A stretch of 64,000 nt of DNA, taken from NCBI RefSeq assembly GCF_003790525.1, contig NZ_CP033635.1. One strand, given 5' to 3'. Positions 34,731 to 44,867 of the stretch are shown here, in pieces. A model generated the notes under the pieces. That model saw nothing but the letters and a program-made list of their open reading frames with translations. It was not told where the DNA came from and searched no databases. Both the position numbers and the translations under genes were made by a program. The first letter of the stretch is position 1; each line of letters starts with the position of its first letter. Origin of the DNA: Escherichia coli. GTDB lineage: Bacteria > Pseudomonadota > Gammaproteobacteria > Enterobacterales > Enterobacteriaceae.

Positions 34731-34760
34731 TTGACGCTGCAAGGCTCTATACGCATAATG
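34731..34760 (+). promoter_or_regulatory. Promoter of the tRNA operon (TTGACG -35, CATAAT -10, GC-rich discriminator)
   Basis: TTGACGctgcaaggctctatacgCATAATgcgcccc about 40 bp upstream of first tRNA; stringent-type discriminator. Confidence 0.6.
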
Positions 34761-34799
34761 CGCCCCGCAACGCCGATAAGGTATCGCGAAAAAAAAGAT

Positions 34800-34876
34800 G
34801 GCTACGTAGCTCAGTTGGTTAGAGCACATCACTCATAATGATGGGGTCACAGGTTCGAATCCCGTCGTAGCCACCA
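34800..34876 (+). tRNA. metT: tRNA-Met (elongator, CAU)
   Basis: GGCTACGTAGCTCAGTTGGTTAGAGC...CTCATAA...GGTTCGAATCC...CCA; cloverleaf readable. Confidence 0.95.
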
Positions 34877-34884
34877 TCTTTTTT

Positions 34885-34969
34885 GCGGGAGTGGCGAAAT
34901 TGGTAGACGCACCAGATTTAGGTTCTGGCGCCGCAAGGTGTGCGAGTTCAAGTCTCGCCTCCCGCACCA
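34885..34969 (+). tRNA. leuW: tRNA-Leu (UAG), long variable arm
   Basis: GCGGGAGTGGCGAAATTGGTAGACGC...GATTTAGGTTC...CCA, 85 nt. Confidence 0.9.
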
Positions 34970-34992
34970 TTCACCAGAAAGCGTTGTACGGA

Positions 34993-35067
34993 TGGGGTAT
35001 CGCCAAGCGGTAAGGCACCGGTTTTTGATACCGGCATTCCCTGGTTCGAATCCAGGTACCCCAGCCA
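34993..35067 (+). tRNA. glnU: tRNA-Gln (UUG)
   Basis: TGGGGTATCGCCAAGCGGTAAGGCACCGGTTTTTGATACCGG...CCA. Confidence 0.9.
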
Positions 35068-35101
35068 TCTTCTTCGAGTAAGCGGTTCACCGCCCGGTTA
35101 T

Positions 35102-35176
35102 TGGGGTATCGCCAAGCGGTAAGGCACCGGTTTTTGATACCGGCATTCCCTGGTTCGAATCCAGGTACCCCAGCCA
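35102..35176 (+). tRNA. glnW: tRNA-Gln (UUG), second copy
   Basis: Identical to the preceding tRNA-Gln(UUG). Confidence 0.9.
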
Positions 35177-35191
35177 TCGAAGAAACAATCT

Positions 35192-35268
35192 GGCTACGTA
35201 GCTCAGTTGGTTAGAGCACATCACTCATAATGATGGGGTCACAGGTTCGAATCCCGTCGTAGCCACCA
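35192..35268 (+). tRNA. metU: tRNA-Met (elongator, CAU), second copy
   Basis: Identical to metT copy. Confidence 0.95.
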
Positions 35269-35316
35269 AATTCTGAATGTGTCGAATATGTTCGGCAAAT
35301 TCAAAAACCAATTTGT

Positions 35317-35391
35317 TGGGGTATCGCCAAGCGGTAAGGCACCGGATTCTGATTCCGGCATTCCGAGGTTCGAATCCTCGTACCCCAGCCA
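35317..35391 (+). tRNA. glnV: tRNA-Gln (CUG)
   Basis: TGGGGTATCGCCAAGCGGTAAGGCACCGGATTCTGATTCCGG...CCA; anticodon CTG. Confidence 0.9.
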
Positions 35392-35428
35392 ATTTATTCA
35401 AGACACTTACCTTGTAAGTGCACCCAGT

Positions 35429-35503
35429 TGGGGTATCGCCAAGCGGTAAGGCACCGGATTCTGATTCCGGCATTCCGAGGTTCGAATCCTCGTACCCCAG
35501 CCA
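35429..35503 (+). tRNA. glnX: tRNA-Gln (CUG), second copy
   Basis: Identical to glnV copy. Confidence 0.9.
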
Positions 35504-35508
35504 CATTA

Positions 35509-35540
35509 AAAAAGCTCGCTTCGGCGAGCTTTTTGCTTTT
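35509..35540 (+). terminator. tRNA operon terminator
   Basis: AAAGCTCGC-ttcg-GCGAGCTTTTTGCTTTT. Confidence 0.8.
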
Positions 35541-35641
35541 CTGCGTATATTCAATGTCGAATGCGATGTTGATACAGCTAATTTGAATTTGGCCCACGGT
35601 TCAGGGCAAACCAGCCTGGAAGCACACTCAGGCGCGGTTTT

Positions 35642-35681
35642 CCCCCTCACCCTAACCCTCACCCGAGGGGCGAGGGGACCG
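35642..35681. repeat. GC-rich imperfect palindrome (CCCTCACCC x2 ... GAGGGGCGAGGGG), likely dispersed-repeat family member at ubiF 3' end
   Basis: CCCCCTCACCCTAACCCTCACCCGAGGGGCGAGGGGACCG read directly; family membership not verified. Confidence 0.4.
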
Positions 35682-35718
35682 TCCGCACGCTTTTGTAGCT
35701 TTGGTATCAACCGTTACG

Positions 35719-36894
35719 CTACAACCCTAACGCATATTTCAGCGCCTGACGTTTCAACACGCCAGCACGCTCCGCCGCCATTAATCCGAGATTACGCATA
35801 AAACGCAGTGGTGGCAGATTATTGCTGAATCCGGCATAAAACAGATCCATACCGCTTTGCATAATGAAGTTATCCGCCATGCGCCGCATCTGGTAACGCT
35901 TGAGCACAGGATAACTGGCCCACGCTTCGCCGTAGCTGCGGGCGTTCACCAGAACGTCAATCAGGGCATCGACATCACGATAACCAAGATTCACCCCCTG
36001 CCCCGCCAGCGGATGGATGGTATGCGCGGCATCTCCCACCAGTGCCAATCCCGGCTGAACATACTGCAACGCATGGCGACGTGTCAGCGGAAACGCCCCC
36101 GCGGCAAGCGGTGTCACGTAACCCAGACGCGACGGGAAATGCTTCGCGATTTCCGCCTGTAGCTGCGCCATATTCATATTCTGCAACTGGCGAATGCGCG
36201 CCGGAGAGTCATACCACACCAGCGATGCCCAGTTATCAAACAACGGCAGAAACGCACGCGGTCCGTCCGGGGTAAATTGCTGCCAGGTGCTATCGCCGGG
36301 ATCGTTCTCGCACTGTACGCTAATCAACATACACGACTGTGCATACTGCCAGGCATGAACGCCAATTCCCGCCATCTGCCGCACCTGCGAATTTGCGCCG
36401 TCGGCACCAATCACCAGCTTCGCGCGGATCGTTTCACCGCCCTTCAGTTCCAGCTCCTGAAGATCATTATGGCGATGCAGCGCAATCAGCGAGCCTGGCA
36501 CACGTAACGTTACTTTCGGATGCGCTTCCAGCGCCTGCCACAGCGCCTGTTGCAGGACAGTGTTTTCCACCATGTAGCCAAGCAACGGTAGCTTAAGTTC
36601 AGCGGCGTCAAACACCACATGCGCCGTTTCCCACTCCCACGTTTCCAGTCTGCGGTAAGGATGGCAACGCATAGCCTGTACTGCATCCCAGACCCCTAAC
36701 CCTTTAAGCAATGATACCGAAGCCGCACTAATCGCCGAGATCCGCACGTCCGGCTGGCTGTCAGCGACAAACGGTGCAGGTTGGGCATGTTCGATAACCA
36801 TTACCGAAAATCCGTGCTGAGCCAGTCCCAGCGCCAGTGCGCCGCCGACCATTCCTCCGCCGACAATGGCAATTTCCGTTGGTTGATTTGTCAT
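35719..36894 (-). CDS. ubiF: 2-octaprenyl-3-methyl-6-methoxy-1,4-benzoquinol hydroxylase (FAD monooxygenase)
   Basis: 391 aa from ATG at 36892..36894 (MTNQPTEIAIVGGGMVGG, FAD GxGxxG); ORF-track start is an upstream alternative start. Confidence 0.9.
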   Translation of the reverse strand: MTNQPTEIAIVGGGMVGGALALGLAQHGFSVMVIEHAQPAPFVADSQPDVRISAISAASVSLLKGLGVWDAVQAMRCHPYRRLETWEWETAHVVFDAAELKLPLLGYMVENTVLQQALWQALEAHPKVTLRVPGSLIALHRHNDLQELELKGGETIRAKLVIGADGANSQVRQMAGIGVHAWQYAQSCMLISVQCENDPGDSTWQQFTPDGPRAFLPLFDNWASLVWYDSPARIRQLQNMNMAQLQAEIAKHFPSRLGYVTPLAAGAFPLTRRHALQYVQPGLALVGDAAHTIHPLAGQGVNLGYRDVDALIDVLVNARSYGEAWASYPVLKRYQMRRMADNFIMQSGMDLFYAGFSNNLPPLRFMRNLGLMAAERAGVLKRQALKYALGL

Positions 36895-37039
36895 GGTCAA
36901 TCATCCTGTTAGCAATATGCTTTAAGTTTACAGGATTTTTACCCCCAAGGGCTGATAACGCTCATACTGGTCACAACGGCAGCAAAGCATTACACTATGC
37001 GCCCTGCATTCCTGGCTACTATTTCGCAAGAGCAAGTCG

Positions 37040-38464
37040 ATGACCAAAAAACTCCATATTAAAACCTGGGGCTGTCAGATGAACGAGTACGATTCATCGA
37101 AGATGGCCGATCTGCTGGATGCCACCCACGGCTATCAACTGACCGATGTGGCGGAAGAAGCGGATGTGCTGCTGCTGAACACCTGCTCAATCCGCGAGAA
37201 GGCTCAGGAAAAAGTCTTCCATCAGTTGGGTCGCTGGAAACTGTTAAAAGAGAAGAATCCAGACCTGATTATCGGCGTCGGCGGCTGCGTGGCATCGCAA
37301 GAAGGCGAGCACATTCGCCAGCGCGCCCACTATGTCGATATTATTTTTGGGCCGCAAACGCTGCACCGTCTGCCGGAGATGATCAACTCCGTGCGCGGCG
37401 ACCGCAGCCCGGTTGTAGATATCAGCTTCCCGGAAATCGAGAAGTTTGACCGTCTGCCGGAACCGCGCGCCGAAGGGCCGACCGCGTTTGTCTCCATCAT
37501 GGAAGGCTGCAATAAATATTGCACCTACTGCGTAGTGCCTTACACCCGTGGTGAAGAGGTAAGCCGTCCGTCCGACGATATTCTGTTTGAAATTGCCCAG
37601 CTTGCGGCTCAGGGCGTGCGTGAAGTCAACCTGCTCGGTCAGAACGTGAACGCCTGGCGTGGTGAGAACTACGACGGCACCACCGGATCGTTTGCCGACC
37701 TGCTGCGTCTGGTTGCGGCGATCGACGGGATCGATCGTATTCGCTTTACCACCAGCCATCCGATCGAATTCACCGACGATATCATCGAAGTGTACCGCGA
37801 CACGCCGGAGCTGGTGAGTTTCCTGCATCTGCCGGTACAGAGCGGTTCCGATCGCATTCTGAACCTGATGGGACGTACCCATACAGCGCTGGAGTACAAA
37901 GCGATCATCCGTAAACTGCGTGCGGCGCGTCCGGATATTCAGATCAGTTCTGACTTCATCGTTGGCTTCCCTGGCGAAACCACCGAAGACTTCGAGAAAA
38001 CGATGAAGCTGATTGCCGACGTCAATTTCGACATGAGCTACAGCTTTATCTTCTCTGCACGTCCGGGTACGCCAGCCGCCGATATGGTTGATGATGTTCC
38101 GGAAGAAGAGAAGAAGCAGCGTCTGTATATTCTGCAAGAACGTATTAATCAGCAAGCGATGGCATGGAGCCGCCGGATGCTCGGCACCACCCAGCGTATT
38201 CTGGTAGAAGGTACATCGCGTAAGAGCATCATGGAGCTTTCCGGTCGCACTGAAAATAACCGCGTGGTCAACTTTGAAGGCACGCCAGATATGATCGGTA
38301 AATTCGTCGATGTAGAAATTACCGACGTCTACCCGAACTCTCTGCGCGGTAAAGTGGTGCGTACTGAAGATGAAATGGGTCTGCGCGTGGCAGAAACGCC
38401 GGAATCGGTGATTGCCCGTACCCGCAAAGAAAACGACCTTGGCGTGGGTTATTATCAGCCGTAA
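37040..38464 (+). CDS. miaB: tRNA-i6A37 methylthiotransferase MiaB (radical SAM)
   Basis: 474 aa; CNKYCTYC radical-SAM cysteine motif; N-terminal MTTase cysteines. Confidence 0.95.
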
Positions 38465-38469
38465 TTCTC

Positions 38470-38500
38470 AGGCCCGCCGTTCCGGTGGGCCTTGTTTTTT
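38470..38500 (+). terminator. Hairpin after miaB (possible attenuating terminator before ybeZ)
   Basis: GGCCCGCCGTTCCGGTGGGCC followed by TTGTTTTTTC. Confidence 0.5.
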
Positions 38501-38616
38501 CTCTCTTTATCCCCATCTTTATCGCAATGCTTGCGCCTTTTTCCTGTGGCGTGAATAATTTCCTTATAGGCCGGTGAATGTTCAGCTTCCGGCGGCATAC
38601 AGATAAGAGGAACGGT

Positions 38617-39657
38617 TTGAACATAGACACTCGCGAAATCACCCTGGAGCCAGCAGACAATGCGCGTCTGTTGAGCCTGTGCGGCCCGTTTGATGACAAC
38701 ATCAAGCAGCTCGAACGCCGTCTCGGCATCGAGATCAATCGCCGCGATAACCACTTTAAACTGACCGGCCGTCCGATTTGCGTCACCGCTGCGGCAGACA
38801 TTCTGCGTAGCCTGTATGTCGATACTGCCCCGATGCGTGGTCAGATTCAGGATATCGAACCGGAACAGATCCACCTTGCGATTAAAGAAGCGCGGGTACT
38901 GGAGCAAAGCGCGGAGAGCGTGCCGGAGTACGGCAAAGCGGTCAATATCAAAACCAAACGCGGCGTAATCAAGCCGCGTACGCCAAACCAGGCGCAGTAC
39001 ATCGCCAATATTCTCGACCATGACATCACCTTCGGCGTTGGCCCGGCGGGTACGGGTAAAACCTACCTGGCAGTGGCTGCGGCAGTTGATGCCCTGGAGC
39101 GTCAGGAAATTCGCCGTATTCTGCTGACTCGTCCGGCGGTAGAAGCCGGTGAGAAACTGGGCTTCCTGCCTGGCGATTTAAGCCAGAAAGTAGACCCGTA
39201 TTTGCGCCCACTGTACGACGCGCTGTTTGAAATGCTGGGCTTTGAGAAAGTCGAGAAACTGATTGAGCGCAACGTTATTGAAGTCGCGCCGCTGGCCTAT
39301 ATGCGTGGTCGTACGCTGAACGACGCGTTTATCATTCTCGATGAGAGCCAGAACACTACCATCGAACAGATGAAGATGTTCCTGACCCGTATCGGTTTTA
39401 ACTCAAAAGCGGTTATCACCGGCGACGTCACGCAGATCGACTTGCCGCGTAATACTAAATCAGGCTTACGTCACGCTATCGAAGTGTTAGCCGATGTCGA
39501 AGAGATCAGCTTTAACTTCTTCCACAGCGAAGACGTGGTTCGTCACCCGGTGGTGGCGCGTATCGTTAACGCTTATGAAGCCTGGGAAGAAGCAGAACAA
39601 AAACGTAAAGCGGCGCTGGCAGCAGAACGCAAGCGCGAAGAACAGGAACAAAAATGA
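38617..39657 (+). CDS. ybeZ: PhoH-like ATPase YbeZ
   Basis: Walker A GPAGTGKT; chosen TTG start 38617 after AGAGGAA gives 346 aa; ORF-track ATG 38578 is an alternative. Confidence 0.85.
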   Translation: MNIDTREITLEPADNARLLSLCGPFDDNIKQLERRLGIEINRRDNHFKLTGRPICVTAAADILRSLYVDTAPMRGQIQDIEPEQIHLAIKEARVLEQSAESVPEYGKAVNIKTKRGVIKPRTPNQAQYIANILDHDITFGVGPAGTGKTYLAVAAAVDALERQEIRRILLTRPAVEAGEKLGFLPGDLSQKVDPYLRPLYDALFEMLGFEKVEKLIERNVIEVAPLAYMRGRTLNDAFIILDESQNTTIEQMKMFLTRIGFNSKAVITGDVTQIDLPRNTKSGLRHAIEVLADVEEISFNFFHSEDVVRHPVVARIVNAYEAWEEAEQKRKAALAAERKREEQEQK

Positions 39658-40121
39658 GTCAGGTGATCCTCGATTTACAACTGGCATGTGAAGATAATTC
39701 CGGGTTACCGGAAGAGAGCCAGTTTCAGACATGGCTGAATGCGGTGATCCCGCAGTTTCAGGAAGAATCGGAAGTGACTATTCGCGTGGTCGATACCGCC
39801 GAAAGCCACAGTCTGAATCTGACCTATCGCGGTAAGGATAAGCCGACCAACGTGCTCTCCTTCCCGTTTGAAGTGCCGCCTGGCATGGAAATGTCGCTAC
39901 TGGGCGATCTGGTTATCTGCCGTCAGGTGGTTGAGAAGGAAGCTCAGGAGCAAGGCAAACCACTGGAGGCGCACTGGGCGCATATGGTGGTGCACGGCAG
40001 TCTGCATTTGTTAGGTTACGATCACATCGAAGATGACGAAGCAGAAGAAATGGAAGCCATCGAAACAGAGATTATGCTTGCTCTGGGCTATGAGGATCCG
40101 TACATTGCCGAGAAAGAATAA
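39654..40121 (+). CDS. ybeY: rRNA maturation endoribonuclease YbeY
   Basis: 155 aa; metal-binding [11 protein letters not shown] motif; ATGA overlap with ybeZ. Confidence 0.95.
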   Translation: MSQVILDLQLACEDNSGLPEESQFQTWLNAVIPQFQEESEVTIRVVDTAESHSLNLTYRGKDKPTNVLSFPFEVPPGMEMSLLGDLVICRQVVEKEAQEQGKPLEAHWAHMVVHGSLHLLGYDHIEDDEAEEMEAIETEIMLALGYEDPYIAEKE

Positions 40122-40210
40122 TTTGCCAGGCATTTGACTGGCAGACGTCCCCGCCGTTGGTGATTAACGACGGCGTTTTGATTAACTAACATGAGAACCC
40201 ATACGACGCC

Positions 40211-41089
40211 ATGAGCGACGACAATTCACACAGTAGTGACACGATAAGCAACAAGAAGGGATTTTTCTCCCTGTTACTCAGCCAACTTTTCCACGGTGAA
40301 CCGAAAAACCGTGACGAACTGCTGGCGCTGATCCGTGATTCCGGGCAGAACGACCTTATCGACGAAGATACGCGCGATATGCTCGAAGGGGTGATGGACA
40401 TCGCAGACCAACGCGTCCGCGACATCATGATCCCCCGCTCCCAGATGATTACCCTGAAACGCAACCAGACGCTGGACGAATGCCTTGATGTCATCATTGA
40501 GTCCGCCCACTCACGTTTCCCGGTGATTAGCGAAGACAAAGATCACATTGAAGGGATTCTGATGGCGAAAGACTTGCTGCCGTTTATGCGCAGCGATGCT
40601 GAAGCCTTCAGCATGGACAAAGTGTTACGTCAGGCGGTTGTCGTTCCTGAAAGTAAGCGCGTAGACCGGATGCTGAAAGAGTTTCGCTCTCAGCGTTACC
40701 ACATGGCGATCGTCATTGACGAATTCGGTGGAGTTTCCGGTCTGGTGACCATTGAAGACATCCTGGAACTGATTGTTGGTGAGATTGAAGACGAGTATGA
40801 CGAAGAAGATGATATCGACTTCCGTCAGCTGAGTCGTCATACCTGGACCGTGCGCGCACTGGCTTCTATTGAAGACTTCAACGAAGCGTTCGGCACCCAC
40901 TTTAGCGATGAAGAGGTTGACACTATCGGTGGTCTGGTGATGCAGGCATTTGGGCATCTTCCGGCGCGTGGCGAAACCATCGACATCGACGGTTACCAGT
41001 TCAAAGTGGCGATGGCCGACAGTCGGCGTATTATTCAGGTTCATGTCAAAATCCCGGATGACTCACCCCAGCCGAAGCTGGATGAATAA
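40211..41089 (+). CDS. corC: Mg/Co efflux-associated CBS-domain protein CorC (YbeX)
   Basis: 292 aa; CBS pair plus CorC/HlyC C-terminal domain. Confidence 0.9.
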   Translation: MSDDNSHSSDTISNKKGFFSLLLSQLFHGEPKNRDELLALIRDSGQNDLIDEDTRDMLEGVMDIADQRVRDIMIPRSQMITLKRNQTLDECLDVIIESAHSRFPVISEDKDHIEGILMAKDLLPFMRSDAEAFSMDKVLRQAVVVPESKRVDRMLKEFRSQRYHMAIVIDEFGGVSGLVTIEDILELIVGEIEDEYDEEDDIDFRQLSRHTWTVRALASIEDFNEAFGTHFSDEEVDTIGGLVMQAFGHLPARGETIDIDGYQFKVAMADSRRIIQVHVKIPDDSPQPKLDE

Positions 41090-41113
41090 AACCGAAACTG
41101 GATAGATAACTAC

Positions 41114-42652
41114 ATGGCTTTTGCCTCATTAATTGAACGCCAGCGCATTCGCCTGCTGCTGGCGTTATTATTCGGTGCCTGCGGAACGCTGGCCTTCTCT
41201 CCTTACGACGTCTGGCCTGCGGCGATTATTTCGCTGATGGGGCTTCAGGCGTTGACCTTTAACCGCCGTCCACTCCAGTCTGCCGCTATTGGCTTTTGCT
41301 GGGGATTTGGCCTCTTTGGCAGCGGTATTAACTGGGTCTATGTCAGCATCGCGACCTTTGGCGGAATGCCTGGCCCGGTTAACATCTTCCTGGTGGTACT
41401 GCTGGCGGCGTATTTGTCGCTGTATACCGGACTGTTTGCTGGCGTGCTGTCGCGTCTGTGGCCGAAAACCACCTGGCTGCGCGTGGCGATTGCCGCCCCT
41501 GCTCTCTGGCAAGTGACCGAGTTTCTGCGCGGTTGGGTACTAACAGGCTTCCCGTGGTTACAGTTCGGCTATAGCCAGATTGATGGCCCGTTAAAAGGGC
41601 TGGCACCGCTAATGGGCGTGGAAGCCATTAACTTCCTGCTTATGATGGTTAGCGGCCTGCTGGCACTGGCGTTAGTCAAACGCAACTGGCGTCCGCTGGT
41701 GGTGGCCGTCGTGCTGTTTGCCCTACCCTTCCCGCTGCGTTACATCCAGTGGTTTACCCCGCAACCGGAGAAAACCATTCAGGTTTCGATGGTTCAGGGC
41801 GATATTCCGCAATCGCTGAAATGGGACGGAGACCAGCTACTTAATACGCTGAAGATTTACTACAACGCAACGGCACCGCTGATGGGCAAATCATCGTTGA
41901 TTATCTGGCCGGAGTCGGCGATAACCGATCTGGAAATTAATCAGCAACCGTTCCTCAAAGCACTGGACGGTGAGTTGCGCGATAAAGGTAGCTCGCTGGT
42001 AACCGGGATTGTCGACGCGCGTCTCAATAAGCAGAACCGCTACGATACCTACAACACCATCATCACACTGGGTAAAGGTGCACCGTACAGCTACGAATCA
42101 GCCGATCGCTATAACAAAAACCATCTGGTGCCGTTTGGCGAGTTTGTCCCGCTCGAGTCGATTCTGCGTCCGTTAGCACCGTTCTTTGATCTGCCGATGT
42201 CGTCGTTCAGCCGTGGGCCATATATCCAGCCGCCGCTGTCGGTAAATGGTATTGAGCTTACTGCGGCTATTTGCTACGAGATCATTCTCGGCGAGCAAGT
42301 GCGCGATAACTTCCGCCCGGATACCGACTATCTGCTGACTATCTCCAACGATGCGTGGTTTGGTAAGTCTATTGGTCCATGGCAGCACTTCCAGATGGCG
42401 CGAATGCGTGCGTTGGAGCTGGCGCGCCCACTGTTGCGCAGCACCAACAACGGCATTACGGCGGTGATTGGCCCGCAGGGTGAGATTCAGGCGATGATCC
42501 CGCAGTTCACCCGCGAGGTGTTAACCACTAATGTGACGCCGACCACCGGACTCACACCGTATGCACGTACCGGCAACTGGCCGCTGTGGGTACTGACGGC
42601 ATTGTTTGGTTTTGCCGCTGTGTTGATGAGTCTGCGTCAACGACGTAAATAA
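41114..42652 (+). CDS. lnt: Apolipoprotein N-acyltransferase
   Basis: 512 aa; N-terminal multi-TM region, C-terminal nitrilase-like domain. Confidence 0.95.
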   Translation: MAFASLIERQRIRLLLALLFGACGTLAFSPYDVWPAAIISLMGLQALTFNRRPLQSAAIGFCWGFGLFGSGINWVYVSIATFGGMPGPVNIFLVVLLAAYLSLYTGLFAGVLSRLWPKTTWLRVAIAAPALWQVTEFLRGWVLTGFPWLQFGYSQIDGPLKGLAPLMGVEAINFLLMMVSGLLALALVKRNWRPLVVAVVLFALPFPLRYIQWFTPQPEKTIQVSMVQGDIPQSLKWDGDQLLNTLKIYYNATAPLMGKSSLIIWPESAITDLEINQQPFLKALDGELRDKGSSLVTGIVDARLNKQNRYDTYNTIITLGKGAPYSYESADRYNKNHLVPFGEFVPLESILRPLAPFFDLPMSSFSRGPYIQPPLSVNGIELTAAICYEIILGEQVRDNFRPDTDYLLTISNDAWFGKSIGPWQHFQMARMRALELARPLLRSTNNGITAVIGPQGEIQAMIPQFTREVLTTNVTPTTGLTPYARTGNWPLWVLTALFGFAAVLMSLRQRRK

Positions 42653-42663
42653 TCCCTTCTTAT

Positions 42664-42731
42664 CGTGCCGGAATACATCCCGTATTTCGGCACGCTCGCC
42701 GGATGTGGCATCAGTGCGTTATCCGGATGAC
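42664..42731. repeat. Hairpin plus REP element downstream of lnt
   Basis: GTGCCGGAATACATCCCGTATTTCGGCAC hairpin and CGCCGGATGTGGCATCAGTGCGTTATCCGGATGAC. Confidence 0.55.
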
Positions 42732-42948
42732 AAAATTCCCCTATCCAACTTTGGCACATCTATTGCTTTGTTATACAAGGCAAAGCTTGAACCCGCATCA
42801 GTACAACCCGGTTGCACCACAGCAATCCACCGGTAGCACCAAAAGAGTGCATTTTAAGAATTTTGCTTCGGAATGGTGCGGCGCATCTCGCAAAAACAAA
42901 CAATAAAACATCAATATCTTTACATTTAGCCAAACTAAATGTTACCTA

Positions 42949-43004
42949 ACAAACACAACACTGCACAATAAAGTTGCAGATGATAACAACACAAACACTC
43001 ACAA
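42949..43004 (+). promoter_or_regulatory. C/A-rich elements in gltI 5' UTR (candidate GcvB sRNA target / translational enhancer)
   Basis: AACAAACACAACACTGCACAATAAA and ATAACAACACAAACACTCACAAC upstream of gltI RBS; gltI is a known GcvB target in enterobacteria. Confidence 0.5.
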
Positions 43005-43048
43005 CGGGTATCCATGCGTTCTTAACGCAGAAGATAAAGGAGTTGGAT

Positions 43049-43957
43049 ATGCAATTACGTAAACCTGCCACAGCAATCCTGGCCCTGGCGCTTTCCGCAG
43101 GACTGGCACAGGCAGATGACGCCGCCCCGGCAGCAGGCAGTACGCTGGACAAAATCGCCAAAAACGGTGTGATTGTCGTCGGTCACCGTGAATCTTCAGT
43201 ACCTTTCTCTTATTACGACAATCAGCAAAAAGTGGTGGGTTACTCGCAGGATTACTCCAACGCCATTGTTGAAGCAGTGAAAAAGAAACTCAACAAACCG
43301 GACTTGCAGGTGAAATTGATTCCGATCACCTCACAAAACCGTATTCCGCTGCTGCAAAACGGCACTTTCGATTTTGAATGTGGTTCTACCACCAACAACG
43401 TCGAACGCCAAAAACAGGCGGCTTTCTCCGACACTATTTTCGTGGTCGGTACGCGCCTGCTGACAAAAAAAGGCGGCGATATTAAAGATTTTGCCGATCT
43501 GAAAGACAAAGCCGTCGTAGTCACTTCCGGCACCACCTCTGAAGTTTTGCTCAACAAACTGAATGAAGAGCAAAAAATGAACATGCGCATCATCAGCGCC
43601 AAAGATCACGGTGACTCTTTCCGTACCCTGGAAAGCGGTCGTGCCGTTGCCTTTATGATGGATGATGCTCTGCTGGCTGGTGAACGTGCGAAAGCGAAGA
43701 AACCAGACAACTGGGAAATCGTCGGCAAGCCGCAGTCTCAGGAAGCCTACGGTTGCATGTTGCGTAAAGACGATCCGCAGTTCAAAAAGCTGATGGATGA
43801 CACTATCGCTCAGGTGCAGACCTCCGGTGAAGCGGAAAAATGGTTTGATAAATGGTTCAAAAACCCAATTCCGCCGAAAAACCTGAACATGAATTTCGAA
43901 CTGTCGGACGAAATGAAAGCACTGTTCAAAGAACCGAATGACAAGGCACTGAACTAA
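43049..43957 (+). CDS. gltI: Glutamate/aspartate periplasmic binding protein
   Basis: 302 aa from MQLRKPATAILALALSAGLAQA (signal peptide); ORF-track start 42974 is an extension through the 5' UTR. Confidence 0.9.
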   Translation: MQLRKPATAILALALSAGLAQADDAAPAAGSTLDKIAKNGVIVVGHRESSVPFSYYDNQQKVVGYSQDYSNAIVEAVKKKLNKPDLQVKLIPITSQNRIPLLQNGTFDFECGSTTNNVERQKQAAFSDTIFVVGTRLLTKKGGDIKDFADLKDKAVVVTSGTTSEVLLNKLNEEQKMNMRIISAKDHGDSFRTLESGRAVAFMMDDALLAGERAKAKKPDNWEIVGKPQSQEAYGCMLRKDDPQFKKLMDDTIAQVQTSGEAEKWFDKWFKNPIPPKNLNMNFELSDEMKALFKEPNDKALN

Positions 43958-44113
43958 TTACAAGAACCAGGGGCGGAAATTCCAGCCCTCTCGATTGTTA
44001 CGTAGCACGGACAGACTATACGCCTGATGGTCGTTCCCCATCGGGCCTGAAAACCGCAATACGCTGGGTAACAATCTTCGAGGGTAGCAGTTAACGCTGC
44101 TACCCTCTTTTTT
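43958..44113 (+). ncRNA. sroC: SroC sRNA region (gltI-gltJ intergenic, processed from gltIJKL mRNA)
   Basis: 169-bp intergenic region ending in strong hairpin GAGGGTAGCAG-ttaac-GCTGCTACCCTC plus TTTTTT at 44081..44113; 5' boundary not determinable from sequence. Confidence 0.5.
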
Positions 44114-44126
44114 CTGGAGTAGATTT

Positions 44127-44867
44127 ATGTCTATAGACTGGAACTGGGGTATTTTTTTACAACAAGCCCCGTTCGGCAACACCACCTATCTTGGTTGGAT
44201 CTGGAGTGGTTTTCAGGTGACGATCGCTTTGTCGATCTGCGCCTGGATTATCGCTTTCCTCGTCGGTTCATTTTTCGGCATTTTACGTACCGTTCCAAAC
44301 CGTTTTCTCTCCGGTCTGGGTACGTTGTATGTCGAACTGTTCCGCAACGTGCCGTTGATTGTGCAATTCTTTACCTGGTATCTGGTGATCCCGGAGCTGT
44401 TGCCGGAGAAAATCGGCATGTGGTTTAAGGCCGAGCTGGATCCCAATATTCAGTTTTTCCTTTCATCCATGCTCTGCCTGGGGCTGTTTACCGCCGCCCG
44501 TGTTTGCGAACAGGTACGCGCCGCGATTCAGTCGTTGCCGCGTGGGCAAAAGAATGCCGCGCTGGCAATGGGTCTGACGCTACCGCAGGCTTACCGCTAT
44601 GTACTGCTGCCTAATGCTTATCGCGTTATCGTCCCGCCGATGACCTCCGAGATGATGAACCTGGTGAAAAACTCCGCCATCGCCTCGACTATCGGTCTGG
44701 TAGATATGGCGGCGCAGGCGGGTAAATTGCTCGATTACTCAGCTCATGCCTGGGAGTCGTTTACCGCCATTACGCTTGCGTATGTGTTGATTAACGCGGT
44801 TATCATGCTGGTAATGACGCTGGTTGAACGTAAAGTTCGCCTGCCCGGCAACATGGGGGGCAAATAA
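44127..44867 (+). CDS. gltJ: Glutamate/aspartate ABC transporter permease
   Basis: 246 aa polytopic permease. Confidence 0.9.
   Translation: MSIDWNWGIFLQQAPFGNTTYLGWIWSGFQVTIALSICAWIIAFLVGSFFGILRTVPNRFLSGLGTLYVELFRNVPLIVQFFTWYLVIPELLPEKIGMWFKAELDPNIQFFLSSMLCLGLFTAARVCEQVRAAIQSLPRGQKNAALAMGLTLPQAYRYVLLPNAYRVIVPPMTSEMMNLVKNSAIASTIGLVDMAAQAGKLLDYSAHAWESFTAITLAYVLINAVIMLVMTLVERKVRLPGNMGGK

Noticed and set aside
34993-35503. Regularly spaced, near-identical 75-bp units (possible CRISPR-like array)
   Set aside because: Units are tRNA-Gln genes with cloverleaf structure and CCA ends; spacers are not unique protospacer-like sequences and there are no cas genes.
34847-35710. Multiple 60 to 160-aa ORFs on both strands across the tRNA cluster
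   Set aside because: They overlap seven clear tRNA genes; repeated peptide segments arise from the duplicated tRNA sequences.
37244-38155. 303-aa ORF on the minus strand
   Set aside because: Antisense to miaB.
42703-42906. 67-aa ORF in the lnt-gltI intergenic region
   Set aside because: Runs through a REP element and the gltI promoter region; no RBS; likely non-coding.
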